A stretch of DNA of 52,003 bases from Clostridia bacterium (GCA_017431365.1 JAFRLF010000001.1:1-52003), one strand, 5' to 3'; counted from the stretch's first letter, positions 1-9,049 are shown. The notes: a model not told the origin generated them from the letters alone. A program made the numbers and translations.

Positions 1-1
1 C

Positions 2-166
2 TCCGTGGACACCGAGGCCAAGCGCATCAGCCTGTCCATCCGCGAGGTGCTCGAGGACGAGGCCATGGAAGCCGTCAACCCCGACGAGTTCGACATCCCC
101 GAGACCATCGGCGAAGCCGCCGAGGCTGTCGAGGAAGCCGCCGCCGAGGAGACCACCGAGGCCTGA
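2..166 (+). CDS. S1 RNA-binding domain protein, C-terminal fragment (5' end outside window); likely ribosomal protein S1 or S1-fusion
   Basis: Frame-2 translation SVDTEAKRISLSIREVLEDEAMEAVNPDEF...EETTEA* shows the end of an S1 domain (KRISLSIRE) followed by an acidic tail; TGA at 164-166; followed by a strong terminator. Confidence 0.55.
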   Translation, partial: SVDTEAKRISLSIREVLEDEAMEAVNPDEFDIPETIGEAAEAVEEAAAEETTEA

Positions 167-191
167 TTCCAATACATCCAAAGCAAGAAAA

Positions 192-226
192 GACCTCCGG
201 GCGTTCGTCGTCCGGGGGTCTTTTTC
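192..226 (+). terminator. Rho-independent terminator after S1-domain gene
   Basis: GACCTCCGG...CCGGGGGTC stem (one G-U wobble) followed by TTTTT. Confidence 0.8.
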
Positions 227-294
227 GTTTATGCCTGCCATAATCGGTCAATGAAAATCATCGAATGACATTCACCCCGTATGAACTTGCTTCG

Positions 295-1602
295 TTAAAA
301 ACTCTCATTGTCTAACAGAAAATCCCGGACGTTCATTGTCATAATTCCAACCTCATCGCGCTTCATTTTGATATTATCATTGATAAGAATCAGTTTCCTG
401 AATGAGTCTCCGATATGAAAAAATGAACGTTTTTCCTGATATTCCTTTAATTCATCCGGTATTGAAAACGCAGATTGAATGTAGATCAAATCACTGCCTC
501 TACTCGCCACAAAATCGACTTCCAACTGCTTTGTCGTATATATCGGGCGATTGTTTTTATCCATCCTATCCGTTTTTTCTCTGATTTCAACATTGCCTGT
601 ATTAACCCGATAACCCCTGTGACGCAGTTCGTTATAGATTATGTTTTCCATTATATGTGTCTCATTGATCTGTCTAAAATTAAGCCGTGCGTTTCTGATT
701 CCAATATCTTCAAAGTAAAATTTGTAAGATCCATTAATATAACGTCTGCCCTCAATATCAAAACGTCTGACACGATTGATCAAAAATGATTCTTCGAAAA
801 ACTCAAGGTAACGATTGATCGTATCGTCGGTCAAATTCCGATGCTTTTCAGCATTGAAAGTATTTGTAATCCGAGTGGGATTTGTGACGGATGCCATCAT
901 CGACGCTACCGTATCCAACAATTCTCCCAAATCCGCTGTATGCTGAACAATATTTCGTTCAATGATGTCCTTCAAATACACCTCTGTACAGAGTTCCCGA
1001 AGGTAACCCTCTTTCTGTTCATCGTCGCGCATCAGGGCGACAAGAGGAATACCTCCGGTCTGGACATATTCACGCCACGCCCTATCGCTTGGCGCGTCTG
1101 TTCCCTTCGCGTATTCCCCGTAGGTCAGAGGTAATATGTGAATTTCTTCTCCTCGTCCACGAAATTCAGTCAGAACATCGCTCGATAAAAAACGTGAATT
1201 GCTGCCCGTGACATATATATCTATGTTTTTCTTGTGAAGGTAACTGCTCAGCACACTTTCAAAAGAATCCAACTCCTGAATCTCATCGAGCAACAAATAG
1301 TAAGGTTTTTCCTCCTGAATACATGGCGACAAGTAATTCATAAAACGGTCTGCCGCGATTTTAACCGGACGACCATTCTTATAACGGGATTTGATTCCCA
1401 GCTTTTTTAAATCGTCCATGGAGTCAAAAGCAAAACGGATAATTTGATCCGGATGAATCCCATCAGCCAAAAGGTGTTCGTAAAACAGTTCCATCAGGAG
1501 ATATGATTTCCCAACGCGCCGAATCCCAGTAATCACCTTGATCAATCCATCGTTTTTACGGATAATCAGCCGCTTAAGATCCCTTTCTCTTGCAAACACC
1601 AT
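295..1602 (-). CDS. AAA ATPase of the AAA_14/DUF4143 family (ATP-binding protein with C-terminal PD-(D/E)xK-like DUF4143 domain)
   Basis: Walker A VITGIRRVGKSYLL, Walker B LLLDEIQ, C-terminal region typical of DUF4143 proteins. Low GC (~40%) relative to flanks. ORF track starts at 1632 (MLKR...); ATG at 1602 (MVFARERDL...) has a GAGAGG RBS 7 nt upstream and is preferred. Confidence 0.8.
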   Translation of the reverse strand: MVFARERDLKRLIIRKNDGLIKVITGIRRVGKSYLLMELFYEHLLADGIHPDQIIRFAFDSMDDLKKLGIKSRYKNGRPVKIAADRFMNYLSPCIQEEKPYYLLLDEIQELDSFESVLSSYLHKKNIDIYVTGSNSRFLSSDVLTEFRGRGEEIHILPLTYGEYAKGTDAPSDRAWREYVQTGGIPLVALMRDDEQKEGYLRELCTEVYLKDIIERNIVQHTADLGELLDTVASMMASVTNPTRITNTFNAEKHRNLTDDTINRYLEFFEESFLINRVRRFDIEGRRYINGSYKFYFEDIGIRNARLNFRQINETHIMENIIYNELRHRGYRVNTGNVEIREKTDRMDKNNRPIYTTKQLEVDFVASRGSDLIYIQSAFSIPDELKEYQEKRSFFHIGDSFRKLILINDNIKMKRDEVGIMTMNVRDFLLDNESF

Positions 1603-1811
1603 GTATGTACCTCTCGACAAACGTTTCAGCACTGTAACAGTTTTCGACTATATTATAGCAGATTCCGACTAAACTCGCAAGAATTTTCGAAAATTTCTAC
1701 AGTACTGAACCTGTATTCGACTAAATAATGGTTCAAACCTCCGGAGCTCTTAAAAAGCCCCAGAGGTCTTTTTAAAGGTGTGCTCATCCCATGACCGCCC
1801 TGTGTCCGGCA

Positions 1812-2435
1812 TCAGTCAAACAGAACCGTCCAAGTATCTGACCTGTACGCGTCAAAGCACATCCGGATCTGTTCTTCCGTGCATTTTTCCTCAGCCAGCG
1901 CCGGACATTCGTCAAGCGAAAAATACCGGCTCTCCGACGTCTCGCTGTTTGCGGCAAACTGACCTCCCATGCCTTCGCACAGGAAGAATATCTTTACCAC
2001 GCCATACGCGTAGGGCGGCGCGTTGTGCTTGTCCCTGTCCTGTACGGCGATGAGCCGCCTGACGCGGACGTCCAGTCCCGCTTCCTCTTTGACTTCTTTG
2101 ACGGTATTCTCCGCCGGCGACAGGTTGAACTCGCACCACCCGCCGGGCAGAGACCACTTTCCCCTCTCGCATACCAGCAGGATCTTCCCGTCCTCAAAGA
2201 TCGCCGCGCGCGTATCGATCTTCGGCGTCTGGTAGCCGACGTCTCCGCAGAACAGGCCCGTGACCTTGTCGGCGGACACGTCCGATTTCATCAGTATCAT
2301 TTCCGTCGCGATTTTCCGGATGCGCTGGTAGCGTTCCCGGTCGTATACGTCGCGTCCGTAGTAGAGCCCCGCTTGCGCAAGGCTCTGCAGCTCCTTCGCC
2401 CATTCCACAAGCCGATCCATCTTCCTCACCCGCAA
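1812..2435 (-). CDS. NUDIX hydrolase (with N-terminal Nudix_N_2-like extension)
   Basis: Nudix box GKWSLPGGWCEFNLSPAENTVKEVKEEAGLDV (GX5EX7REUXEEXGU); host-like GC; TTG start at 2435 with GGAGAAAGGGG RBS, alternative ATG at residue 6. Confidence 0.8.
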   Translation of the reverse strand: MRVRKMDRLVEWAKELQSLAQAGLYYGRDVYDRERYQRIRKIATEMILMKSDVSADKVTGLFCGDVGYQTPKIDTRAAIFEDGKILLVCERGKWSLPGGWCEFNLSPAENTVKEVKEEAGLDVRVRRLIAVQDRDKHNAPPYAYGVVKIFFLCEGMGGQFAANSETSESRYFSLDECPALAEEKCTEEQIRMCFDAYRSDTWTVLFD

Positions 2436-2452
2436 CCCCTTTCTCCGTTTCG

Positions 2453-3724
2453 TTATCCGAGCCCCTTCAGCAAAAAGACGTCGATTGGGATCAATTCGAT
2501 TTCCGGATGCTCGGGATGTTTTGACAGCGTTCCTTCGGAAGTCACGATAATCAGCCTCTTCAATTCAGGCATGGTATCAGACGCCTTCAGCAGATTCCCT
2601 ATCTCACGATCCGCGGATTGATCACTGATCTTCATACGGACCTGGATTGCGGCATACTCCGATGGAATGTAAAAGTCAATGTCCAGACCTGTTGCCGAAG
2701 ATTTGAGATAGTAAACTTCCTCGCCAAAGCGCCGCCTCAGCCAGACGGCAACGGCGTTTTCCAGCAGGGCGCTCATTTTGTCGGTCAGGAACAGATTCAG
2801 CAGCCCATTGTCCGCAAAGTAGTATTTCGGCGTCGTTTCGCGTTCAGCAAAGGCGGAAAAGTGATTGTATACCTTGAAAATCATATAGGAATCCATGATA
2901 AAGTTTATATAATCGATGATCGTATCTTTGCTGACCTTGATGCCTATGGCCTTCAGGTTGCCATACAGGTTCGCGTAAGAAACCTCGCGCATGACCGTTT
3001 CTGCGATCTTCTTAACCAGCAGCGCGACGGCGTTGCCGTTGCGCAGGTTATTTCGCGTAACGATATCGCCAAGGAGAATCTTCTGATAGACGCTGCTGAT
3101 ATATTCCCGTTTTGCCGGGTGTCTGACCGACTCCGGAAGGCCGCCCTGCACGAGGTATGCGTCGCACCTGGCGCGGATTCTCCCGTGAGCGACCGTTTCA
3201 ATCAATTCATCTTCACCATGGGGCGTTGCCGTGGCGTTCAGATACTCTTCAAAGGAGTAAGGCCAGATGTGTTTCTCCAGATAACGCCCTCCCAATGTCG
3301 ACCCAATTTCCCGAGAAAGCATTCTCGCGTTGCTCCCCGTAATCATTACGGATTCGTGCCGATCCGCCATTCTTCTGGCAAATTTCTCCCAGCCGGGAAT
3401 ATTCTGAATTTCGTCGAAAAAGAAATACCCTCGCTGATCGCTCATTTCGCTCTGAACCGCCAGAATATCGTTCAGATCCTCCGCCGTCATTTCAGTGAGA
3501 CGCTCATCCTCGAAATTGATATATATGATCCGATTCCAGTCTATGCCGTTTGCGACATGCCTCTTTACCAGGCCATACAGCAATGTGGATTTTCCGGCCC
3601 GGCGAAGCCCTGTCACAACCTGGTTGACATCTGGAAACAACGTGATTGTCCGGGGGATGATCTCGGCCCTGCGTATCACTTCATGCTGTTCCAGGATAAC
3701 CCTTTTGAGTAAATCATGCTGCAT
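2453..3724 (-). CDS. AAA ATPase of the AAA_14/DUF4143 family (second copy, diverged paralog of 295..1602)
   Basis: Walker A VVTGLRRAGKSTLL, Walker B FFFDEIQ, same domain order and length (423 aa) as the upstream copy; intermediate GC. Confidence 0.8.
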   Translation of the reverse strand: MQHDLLKRVILEQHEVIRRAEIIPRTITLFPDVNQVVTGLRRAGKSTLLYGLVKRHVANGIDWNRIIYINFEDERLTEMTAEDLNDILAVQSEMSDQRGYFFFDEIQNIPGWEKFARRMADRHESVMITGSNARMLSREIGSTLGGRYLEKHIWPYSFEEYLNATATPHGEDELIETVAHGRIRARCDAYLVQGGLPESVRHPAKREYISSVYQKILLGDIVTRNNLRNGNAVALLVKKIAETVMREVSYANLYGNLKAIGIKVSKDTIIDYINFIMDSYMIFKVYNHFSAFAERETTPKYYFADNGLLNLFLTDKMSALLENAVAVWLRRRFGEEVYYLKSSATGLDIDFYIPSEYAAIQVRMKISDQSADREIGNLLKASDTMPELKRLIIVTSEGTLSKHPEHPEIELIPIDVFLLKGLG

Positions 3725-3766
3725 GAAATCACCTCTACGGCATCAACTATACTACAAAGCTCGCAT

Positions 3767-3865
3767 TTTGTCGAGTATAGAAGGATACATTTTCCAATAT
3801 TTGTCGAGTATATAAGGATACATTTTCCAAATTCTGTCGAGTACATAAGGATACGTTTCAGATGT
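3767..3865. repeat. Three tandem direct repeats of 33 bp (TTGTCGAGTATAGAAGGATACATTTTCCAATAT-like) immediately upstream of the 2453..3724 ATPase gene
   Basis: Units 3767-3799, 3800-3832, 3833-3865 differ at a few positions; each contains a GTAT-N6-ATAC dyad; third unit overlaps the stop codon of the 3858..4748 gene. Confidence 0.85.
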
Positions 3866-4748
3866 CGGCATCATGACCGTTATCAAGCAGGTGTCTTTCC
3901 ATGCATTCCCGGATTTTGTCGGAGCCCTCTTCCATATGGGAGAGAAAGGTTATCATCAATCTCTGGGTGGGCAGCACATAACACTTCTGGCCCCATTTGC
4001 CGTTCAGGCTGAACCCGTCCCGGTATTTCCAGAAGAAGTAACCGTAGCCGCCCTCGCGGTTCATCTGCCGTACCGAAGTCGCCTCTCTCACATACGCCGG
4101 GGAAACGATTTGCTTTTGCCCGTATCTCCCTTCGCGGGAAAGCGTCAGCCCGACGCGGCTCAGCTCATTGACGGTCAGTTCCATCCCGGACGCGCCGTAA
4201 AAGTATCCCTCAGGGCTGAACTGACAGGGCGGGTCCGGTATCCCCAGCGGCGCAAACAGCCTCCTGCTCAGATATTTATCGAGCCTTTCACCGACAGCCT
4301 CAGACACAGCCACGCCGGTCAGATAGGCGGGCACGTTGCTGTACGCGAAGGTTCGCGTCTCCGGGTTGTTCAGCGGAATACGCAGGGCCTCCTCGAGCCA
4401 GTCATCGCCGGAAAGGCGGAACGGGAACCCCTCGACGGACATGGTCATCAGCCGCTGAAGCGTGACGGGCGCGTAAGCCTGCTTCTGCCCTTCGCTCATC
4501 GCCCGCACGTATTCCCCCGGCAGGTACCGGAGAACGCAATCGTCTGTATTCAGCGCGCCGTCTTCTATGGCCATGCCGGCCGCCAGCGAAACCATGGATT
4601 TGGTCACGGAATAAATCGGGTAACGGGTATTCCGCGTGTCCCCGAAGGAGGCCGTCAGTTTTCCGTCCTCCCATAGCTCCAGGCCGAAAACCTGCCAGTT
4701 ATTCCTCTGTATTTCTCTCACAAGGCCGTCAAAATCCGGGATGTTCAT
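3858..4748 (-). CDS. Serine hydrolase, beta-lactamase/transpeptidase-like family (class C beta-lactamase-related)
   Basis: S-x-x-K active-site motif SVTKS near the N-terminus; overall resembles class C beta-lactamase-like/esterase proteins; GGGGAGGAAAG RBS. Confidence 0.75.
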   Translation of the reverse strand: MNIPDFDGLVREIQRNNWQVFGLELWEDGKLTASFGDTRNTRYPIYSVTKSMVSLAAGMAIEDGALNTDDCVLRYLPGEYVRAMSEGQKQAYAPVTLQRLMTMSVEGFPFRLSGDDWLEEALRIPLNNPETRTFAYSNVPAYLTGVAVSEAVGERLDKYLSRRLFAPLGIPDPPCQFSPEGYFYGASGMELTVNELSRVGLTLSREGRYGQKQIVSPAYVREATSVRQMNREGGYGYFFWKYRDGFSLNGKWGQKCYVLPTQRLMITFLSHMEEGSDKIRECMERHLLDNGHDADI

Positions 4749-4864
4749 CGCGCTTTCCTCCCCTATTTTGCAAATGGCCGAACCGGTTCCGGCTTGACAA
4801 AACGGCCGCCTGCAGTTTAAACTCTGTAAAAATACGCCTGCCGGCCGACAAGAAAGGATCCGTC

Positions 4865-5020
4865 ATGCCGATTCAGTTCAAAAACCGGGGCGACAGCTCA
4901 AACGTCCGCTTTACGAAAGAATCTCTCCGCGAGGCCGGCATATCAAATGCCGACTTTGGCGGCAACCTCAACCTCTCCGATGAAATCGAACGGGACGCCC
5001 CAACAGGCAGCGAAATATGA
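4865..5020 (+). CDS. Small (51 aa) SpoVT/AbrB (MazE-like) swapped-hairpin domain protein, not in ORF track
   Basis: MPIQFKNRGDSSNVRFTKESLREAGI matches the MazE/AbrB N-terminal pattern ([22 protein letters not shown]). AGAAAGGA RBS 7 nt upstream of the ATG. No adjacent toxin gene. Confidence 0.4.
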   Translation: MPIQFKNRGDSSNVRFTKESLREAGISNADFGGNLNLSDEIERDAPTGSEI

Positions 5021-5036
5021 TTTTTGAGGCGCATTT

Positions 5037-5762
5037 ATGACAGGTCTTGGAACGATTATCAACAGCGCGGCCATCGTGGCCGGCGGCGTCATTGGACATT
5101 TCACCGGCAAGCTGTTCCGCGAGGAACAGCAGAAGGCGTTGAACACGGCCTGCGGCGTCAGCGTGATGTTTATCGCCATAGCCGGCGCGATGCAGGGCAT
5201 GCTGCATATTGACGGCCAGGCCATCGTGAGTGGCAAGTCCATGCTGGTGGTATTATGCCTCGCGGTGGGTACGGTCGTCGGCGAACTGCTCGGCATCGAA
5301 AAGGGATTTGAACGGTTCGGAGAGTGGCTGAAACAAAAAACCGGCAACAGCGGCGATCCGCAGTTTGTGAACGCCTTTGTGACGACTTCGCTGACCGTCT
5401 GCATCGGCGCCATGGCGATCGTAGGCGCGATCCAGGACGGGATCGGCGGCGATTACTCGACGCTGGCCGTTAAAGCCGTGCTGGATCTCATCATCGTCGC
5501 CGTGATGACCTCTTCCCTCGGAAAGGGGTGCGCGTTTTCTGCCATACCGGTTTTTATCTTTGAAGGCCTCATAACAGGGCTGGCCAGGCTGGTCGCTCCC
5601 ATCATGACGGATCTGGCGATCGCTTATCTCTCTCTCGTGGGCTCCGTCCTGATCTTCTGCGTGGGCGTAAACCTCGTGTGGGGAAAGATGATTCGGGTCG
5701 CGAATATGCTCCCGGCTGTCATCGTCGCCGTCGTAGCGGCCTATCTGCCGTGGACATTCTGA
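5037..5762 (+). CDS. DUF554 family membrane protein (YqgA/YdfK-like)
   Basis: Polytopic, Gly/Ala/Val-rich membrane protein with DUF554-like layout (MTGLGTIINSAAIVAGGVIGHF...). Confidence 0.8.
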   Translation: MTGLGTIINSAAIVAGGVIGHFTGKLFREEQQKALNTACGVSVMFIAIAGAMQGMLHIDGQAIVSGKSMLVVLCLAVGTVVGELLGIEKGFERFGEWLKQKTGNSGDPQFVNAFVTTSLTVCIGAMAIVGAIQDGIGGDYSTLAVKAVLDLIIVAVMTSSLGKGCAFSAIPVFIFEGLITGLARLVAPIMTDLAIAYLSLVGSVLIFCVGVNLVWGKMIRVANMLPAVIVAVVAAYLPWTF

Positions 5763-5796
5763 CAGAACCGATTTTTATCGTTTTGCCGCTTAAAAG

Positions 5797-6480
5797 TCAG
5801 CTTCTCAACGTCCTCAGATACGCCTTTTGCCCGTCCGTGATCCGAAAGCTCTCCACGCCTTTCTGGATCGCTTTGCTGTGTACCCAGGGAGCCAGGCGCC
5901 TTTCTTCGAGGTAGGGCAGCGCGGCTTCATACTGTTTTGCCAGAGCAGTGGCGAAATACCACGCGATCATCATGTTGACGTAGTATTCTTCCGACCTGAT
6001 CCCGGCCACCATATCAGCGTACCGTATGTCGAAACGCTCGTCCAGAAAATGCCGCATCAGCATCCCGACGGCGAACCTGACCGCGTATGTTTTATCGGAT
6101 TTGATCCACGCGCGGATGTACGGGAGCAGCCTCTCCGGTTCCCTCTTGAACGCCCCGGGGGACAGCTGGTCGCAGGTCGCCCAGTTGTCGACGAAGGGCA
6201 GAAACGCGTCCGTTTCCGCAGCGCATTTGTCAAAATCCTTCTCCAGCGAAATCACAAAGGCATGCAGCTGGTTCTCGTCAAAGTAACGATGCGGAAGGCC
6301 TGAAACAAACGCTTCCGCATCGCCGCTTTTGTACAGCGCCCTGGCCAGCGCGCGAAGGGCCGGTGTCCTGACGCCGATGATCCTGCCGGCCGGCACTGTG
6401 GGAATGAGTTTGGCCTGGAAAAGGGCGTATTCCTCATCCCGCATCCGAAACAGTTCCGCGACGATCTCATCTCTGTTCAT
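5797..6480 (-). CDS. DNA alkylation repair enzyme (AlkD/AlkC-like HEAT-repeat glycosylase family)
   Basis: 227 aa helical-repeat protein resembling PF08713 DNA_alkylation family members (…LIPTVPAGRIIGVRTPALRALARAL…). Confidence 0.75.
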   Translation of the reverse strand: MNRDEIVAELFRMRDEEYALFQAKLIPTVPAGRIIGVRTPALRALARALYKSGDAEAFVSGLPHRYFDENQLHAFVISLEKDFDKCAAETDAFLPFVDNWATCDQLSPGAFKREPERLLPYIRAWIKSDKTYAVRFAVGMLMRHFLDERFDIRYADMVAGIRSEEYYVNMMIAWYFATALAKQYEAALPYLEERRLAPWVHSKAIQKGVESFRITDGQKAYLRTLRS

Positions 6481-6557
6481 TTTATTGTCTTCTCTCGCGC
6501 GGGCTTTTCCTGATTCGACGACGACGCTCTGAACTGTAAATCAGCCAACAGTTCCGG

Positions 6558-7703
6558 TCATTCGTCCATGTCAAAATCATCAGGATCGAGCTCGCCGTAA
6601 TGCTTGGCCATAATCCTGTTGAACATCTCGATATACGCCCGCTTGCTGCCGCTGTGCAGCCAGACGGCCCAGGCGCACTGACCTTCGTTGTTTTTTGAAG
6701 GGACAAAATGCACCATGATGTCGAGCCGCTTTCTCGGGTTCCCCTCGGGCGTAAAGCGCAGGCCGAAGCTCCTGTAAAATTCTTCCCACTGGGCCTTTAT
6801 CGGCGGAAGGCCTTTTTTGACGCCCTCCGGAATCGCAAAGTCCTTTATATCCGCAGCATAGAACCAGCGTCCATCCCTGCCCTGTCTTTTCTCAAGCTCG
6901 AGCGGGATGATTTTTCTCAGAGGCTCGTTAAATCCCCATTCCAGCTGAACGTCCCGAAAGCGGATCTCTTCCTTCTCGACGTAACTGCCGGAAAAGGCGA
7001 CAGTCAGCCCCTTGGACGCCCCGCCGTTATTGACGGCCGTAATGAACGTACTCTCTCCCATCGGGCAGGGCATCAGGGAAGACTGCGAAATGGTGAGCCG
7101 CGGGAGGTCGTTATCCTTCTCCGCCGCCGACAGGGAATAGTATAGATTACTAACCTTGTCGGCCAGCTCATCCGGGATCAGATCATCACAGAGCCGCCCC
7201 TGTCCGGGCTCAAGGCCCAGCATAGGCTCGAGGTCTTCCATCGCCTCTTCAGCGAAGACCTGGCGCTTTTTTAAGGCGGCCTTCCACGCGTCGACATTGT
7301 CGACGAGGCCTTTCCATTTGGCCGGCGTCGACCTGATCCTGACGTCGGGGTCTTGCCCGACCTTGGCCCATGCCTCTATGCCCTGCCGCTGGTTGATCCG
7401 ATTCAGCACCAACATATCGCTGTCAAAGCACGAAACCGTCACGACATCCGTAGAGAGCCGCTCCGAGAGCGGCCGGCAGACGTCGCGGATCGCCCCATCA
7501 TCGTAAAAAACAATGCCGTCCGACCATATGGTCAGCCATTTGCCGCCGGCGTCGAAGAGCGATACGGTCAAGTCGGCGCTCTCGCGCGACGCGGCGGGTT
7601 GAAACCCCTGCGCCTTCAGCCCGTCGTTCAGTACGGACAGAAAGGCTTCCTTTCCAAAATCCTCGGTCTTAAGAATATGCGCGTTGGAGTAAAACAGGCC
7701 CAT
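6558..7703 (-). CDS. Hypothetical protein (381 aa, no recognisable domain)
   Basis: Long ORF with GGAGGT RBS 7 nt upstream, host-like codon usage; no motif recognised. Confidence 0.6.
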   Translation of the reverse strand: MGLFYSNAHILKTEDFGKEAFLSVLNDGLKAQGFQPAASRESADLTVSLFDAGGKWLTIWSDGIVFYDDGAIRDVCRPLSERLSTDVVTVSCFDSDMLVLNRINQRQGIEAWAKVGQDPDVRIRSTPAKWKGLVDNVDAWKAALKKRQVFAEEAMEDLEPMLGLEPGQGRLCDDLIPDELADKVSNLYYSLSAAEKDNDLPRLTISQSSLMPCPMGESTFITAVNNGGASKGLTVAFSGSYVEKEEIRFRDVQLEWGFNEPLRKIIPLELEKRQGRDGRWFYAADIKDFAIPEGVKKGLPPIKAQWEEFYRSFGLRFTPEGNPRKRLDIMVHFVPSKNNEGQCAWAVWLHSGSKRAYIEMFNRIMAKHYGELDPDDFDMDE

Positions 7704-7736
7704 TTGATTTACCTCCCCGACTTCTATGCAATCCTC

Positions 7737-8972
7737 TTACGCCCACGTCCCGTTGCGGAAGATCGCGCACTCGCTGCCGTCGGCGCGGACGCCGGTAATG
7801 GCCAGATCCTCCGACCCGATCATGAAGTCGACGTGGATGATGGAGTCGTTGACGCCCTTCTTGGCGGCCTCCTCCACGGACATGTCGTCGCCGCCGGGGA
7901 GCACCTCCTTGAACCCGTGCCCGAGGGCCACGTGGCAGCAGGCGTTCTCGTCAAACAGCGTGTTGTAGAACAGGAACCCGCAGCGGTTGACGGGGGACTC
8001 CTTCGGCACCAGGGCCAGCTCGCCCAGCATGCCGGCCGTCTCGTCCATGTGAATCATCTTCTCGAGCAGCTCCTGACCCTTCTTCGCCTTGCAGCTGACA
8101 GCCCGGCCGTTTTCAAACGTGATGGAGAAGTCCTCGATCAGCTGGCTGTTCCAGGACAGGGGCTTTGTGGACACCAGGGTGCCCTCGCACTTTCCGGCCA
8201 TGGGCGAGGTGAAGATCTCCTCCGTCGGCATGTTGGGGATGTAAAACGCCCCGTTGACGGCGTTGACCGCGCCGGCGCCCTCCCAGTGCGCGCCGGGGAT
8301 CAGCTCGGCGGTGAAATGCGTGCCGTTGGCGCTCTCGTACCGCAGGGAGACGAAGTTCTGCGCGTTGAGCCAGGCCGCCTTCTCGGTGATGAAATCCGTA
8401 TGCGCCTTCCAGGCGGCGACGGGGTCGTTTTCCTCATCCACGCGCACGGTGGTCAGCACCGCGTCCCACAGCTTGCTCATCGCCTCGTCCACATTGAGGC
8501 CGGGGAAGCACTTGAGCGCCCACTTCTCCGAGGGCAGCGCGGCGATGACCCACTGATGCTTCCCATCGATGGCGTTGCGGTAGGGCTTCAGCACCGCGGA
8601 GCGCGCACGCATGACGGCGCTGAGCTTTTCGGCGTCGATGCCCGCCATGGCGTCCGGGTCGCCTCCGGCGATGAAGATGCGGCAGGGCAGGTCGGACACC
8701 ACCTGCTTCTGCTTTTCGACCTCCCAGGGCAGGACCTCGGAGAGCGTGTCCGTCGACGCGCAAAGGTAATCCAGGCGGCTCTGCTCGTCGCAGCGCCACT
8801 CCACGTTGACCTTCTTGGCCCCGGCCCTGTAGGCCTCCTCCACGACCATCACGGCAAATTCATATTCCCTGACCGACGCGGTGAGGCTGACCACCTGACC
8901 GCTCTGCACGTTCGCGCCCGTTCTGACGATGAGTCTGGCGTACTTCTGTTTGATTTCCTGTGTAATTTTCAT
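7737..8972 (-). CDS. Aminopeptidase, M29 family (AmpS/PepS/aminopeptidase T-like)
   Basis: Length and motifs resemble thermophilic-type M29 aminopeptidases. ORF track starts at 8981; the ATG at 8972 (MKITQEIK...) is preferred because the AAAGGA RBS abuts the first ATG and sits 9 nt before this one. Confidence 0.8.
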   Translation of the reverse strand: MKITQEIKQKYARLIVRTGANVQSGQVVSLTASVREYEFAVMVVEEAYRAGAKKVNVEWRCDEQSRLDYLCASTDTLSEVLPWEVEKQKQVVSDLPCRIFIAGGDPDAMAGIDAEKLSAVMRARSAVLKPYRNAIDGKHQWVIAALPSEKWALKCFPGLNVDEAMSKLWDAVLTTVRVDEENDPVAAWKAHTDFITEKAAWLNAQNFVSLRYESANGTHFTAELIPGAHWEGAGAVNAVNGAFYIPNMPTEEIFTSPMAGKCEGTLVSTKPLSWNSQLIEDFSITFENGRAVSCKAKKGQELLEKMIHMDETAGMLGELALVPKESPVNRCGFLFYNTLFDENACCHVALGHGFKEVLPGGDDMSVEEAAKKGVNDSIIHVDFMIGSEDLAITGVRADGSECAIFRNGTWA

Positions 8973-9017
8973 GTTTTTCATTCCTTTCCGTTCAGTTGCA
9001 GGATAAACTAAAATACA

Positions 9018-9049
9018 GACGGCATGGCCTGCCGTCTGCGGAGTTATCT
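9018..9049 (-). terminator. Rho-independent terminator downstream of LCP gene
   Basis: CAGACGGCA-TGGCC-TGCCGTCTG perfect 9-bp stem overlapping the stop codon, followed on the minus strand by a U-rich tract (GTATTTTAGTTTAT). Confidence 0.6.

Noticed and set aside
3767-3865. Considered whether the 33-bp repeats are a mini CRISPR array
   Set aside because: Units are contiguous with no spacers, only three copies, no cas genes; better explained as tandem iteron/operator-like repeats.
7353-9011. Long + strand ORF (552 aa) and many similar long ORFs opposite real genes. Examples: 10315..11592 -, 14953..16275 -, 16899..17924 -, 19588..21276 +, 27751..29484 +, 31160..32689 +, 33036..35240 +, 38653..40062 +, 40177..41295 +, 41606..44341 +, 45567..46667 +, 49278..50717 +.
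   Set aside because: Arg/Gly/Ala/Pro-rich, low-complexity translations typical of antisense shadow ORFs in high-GC DNA. The opposite strand encodes recognisable proteins (aminopeptidase, HlyC/CorC, RarA, Asd, Tgt, SBP, FucI, YchF, etc.).
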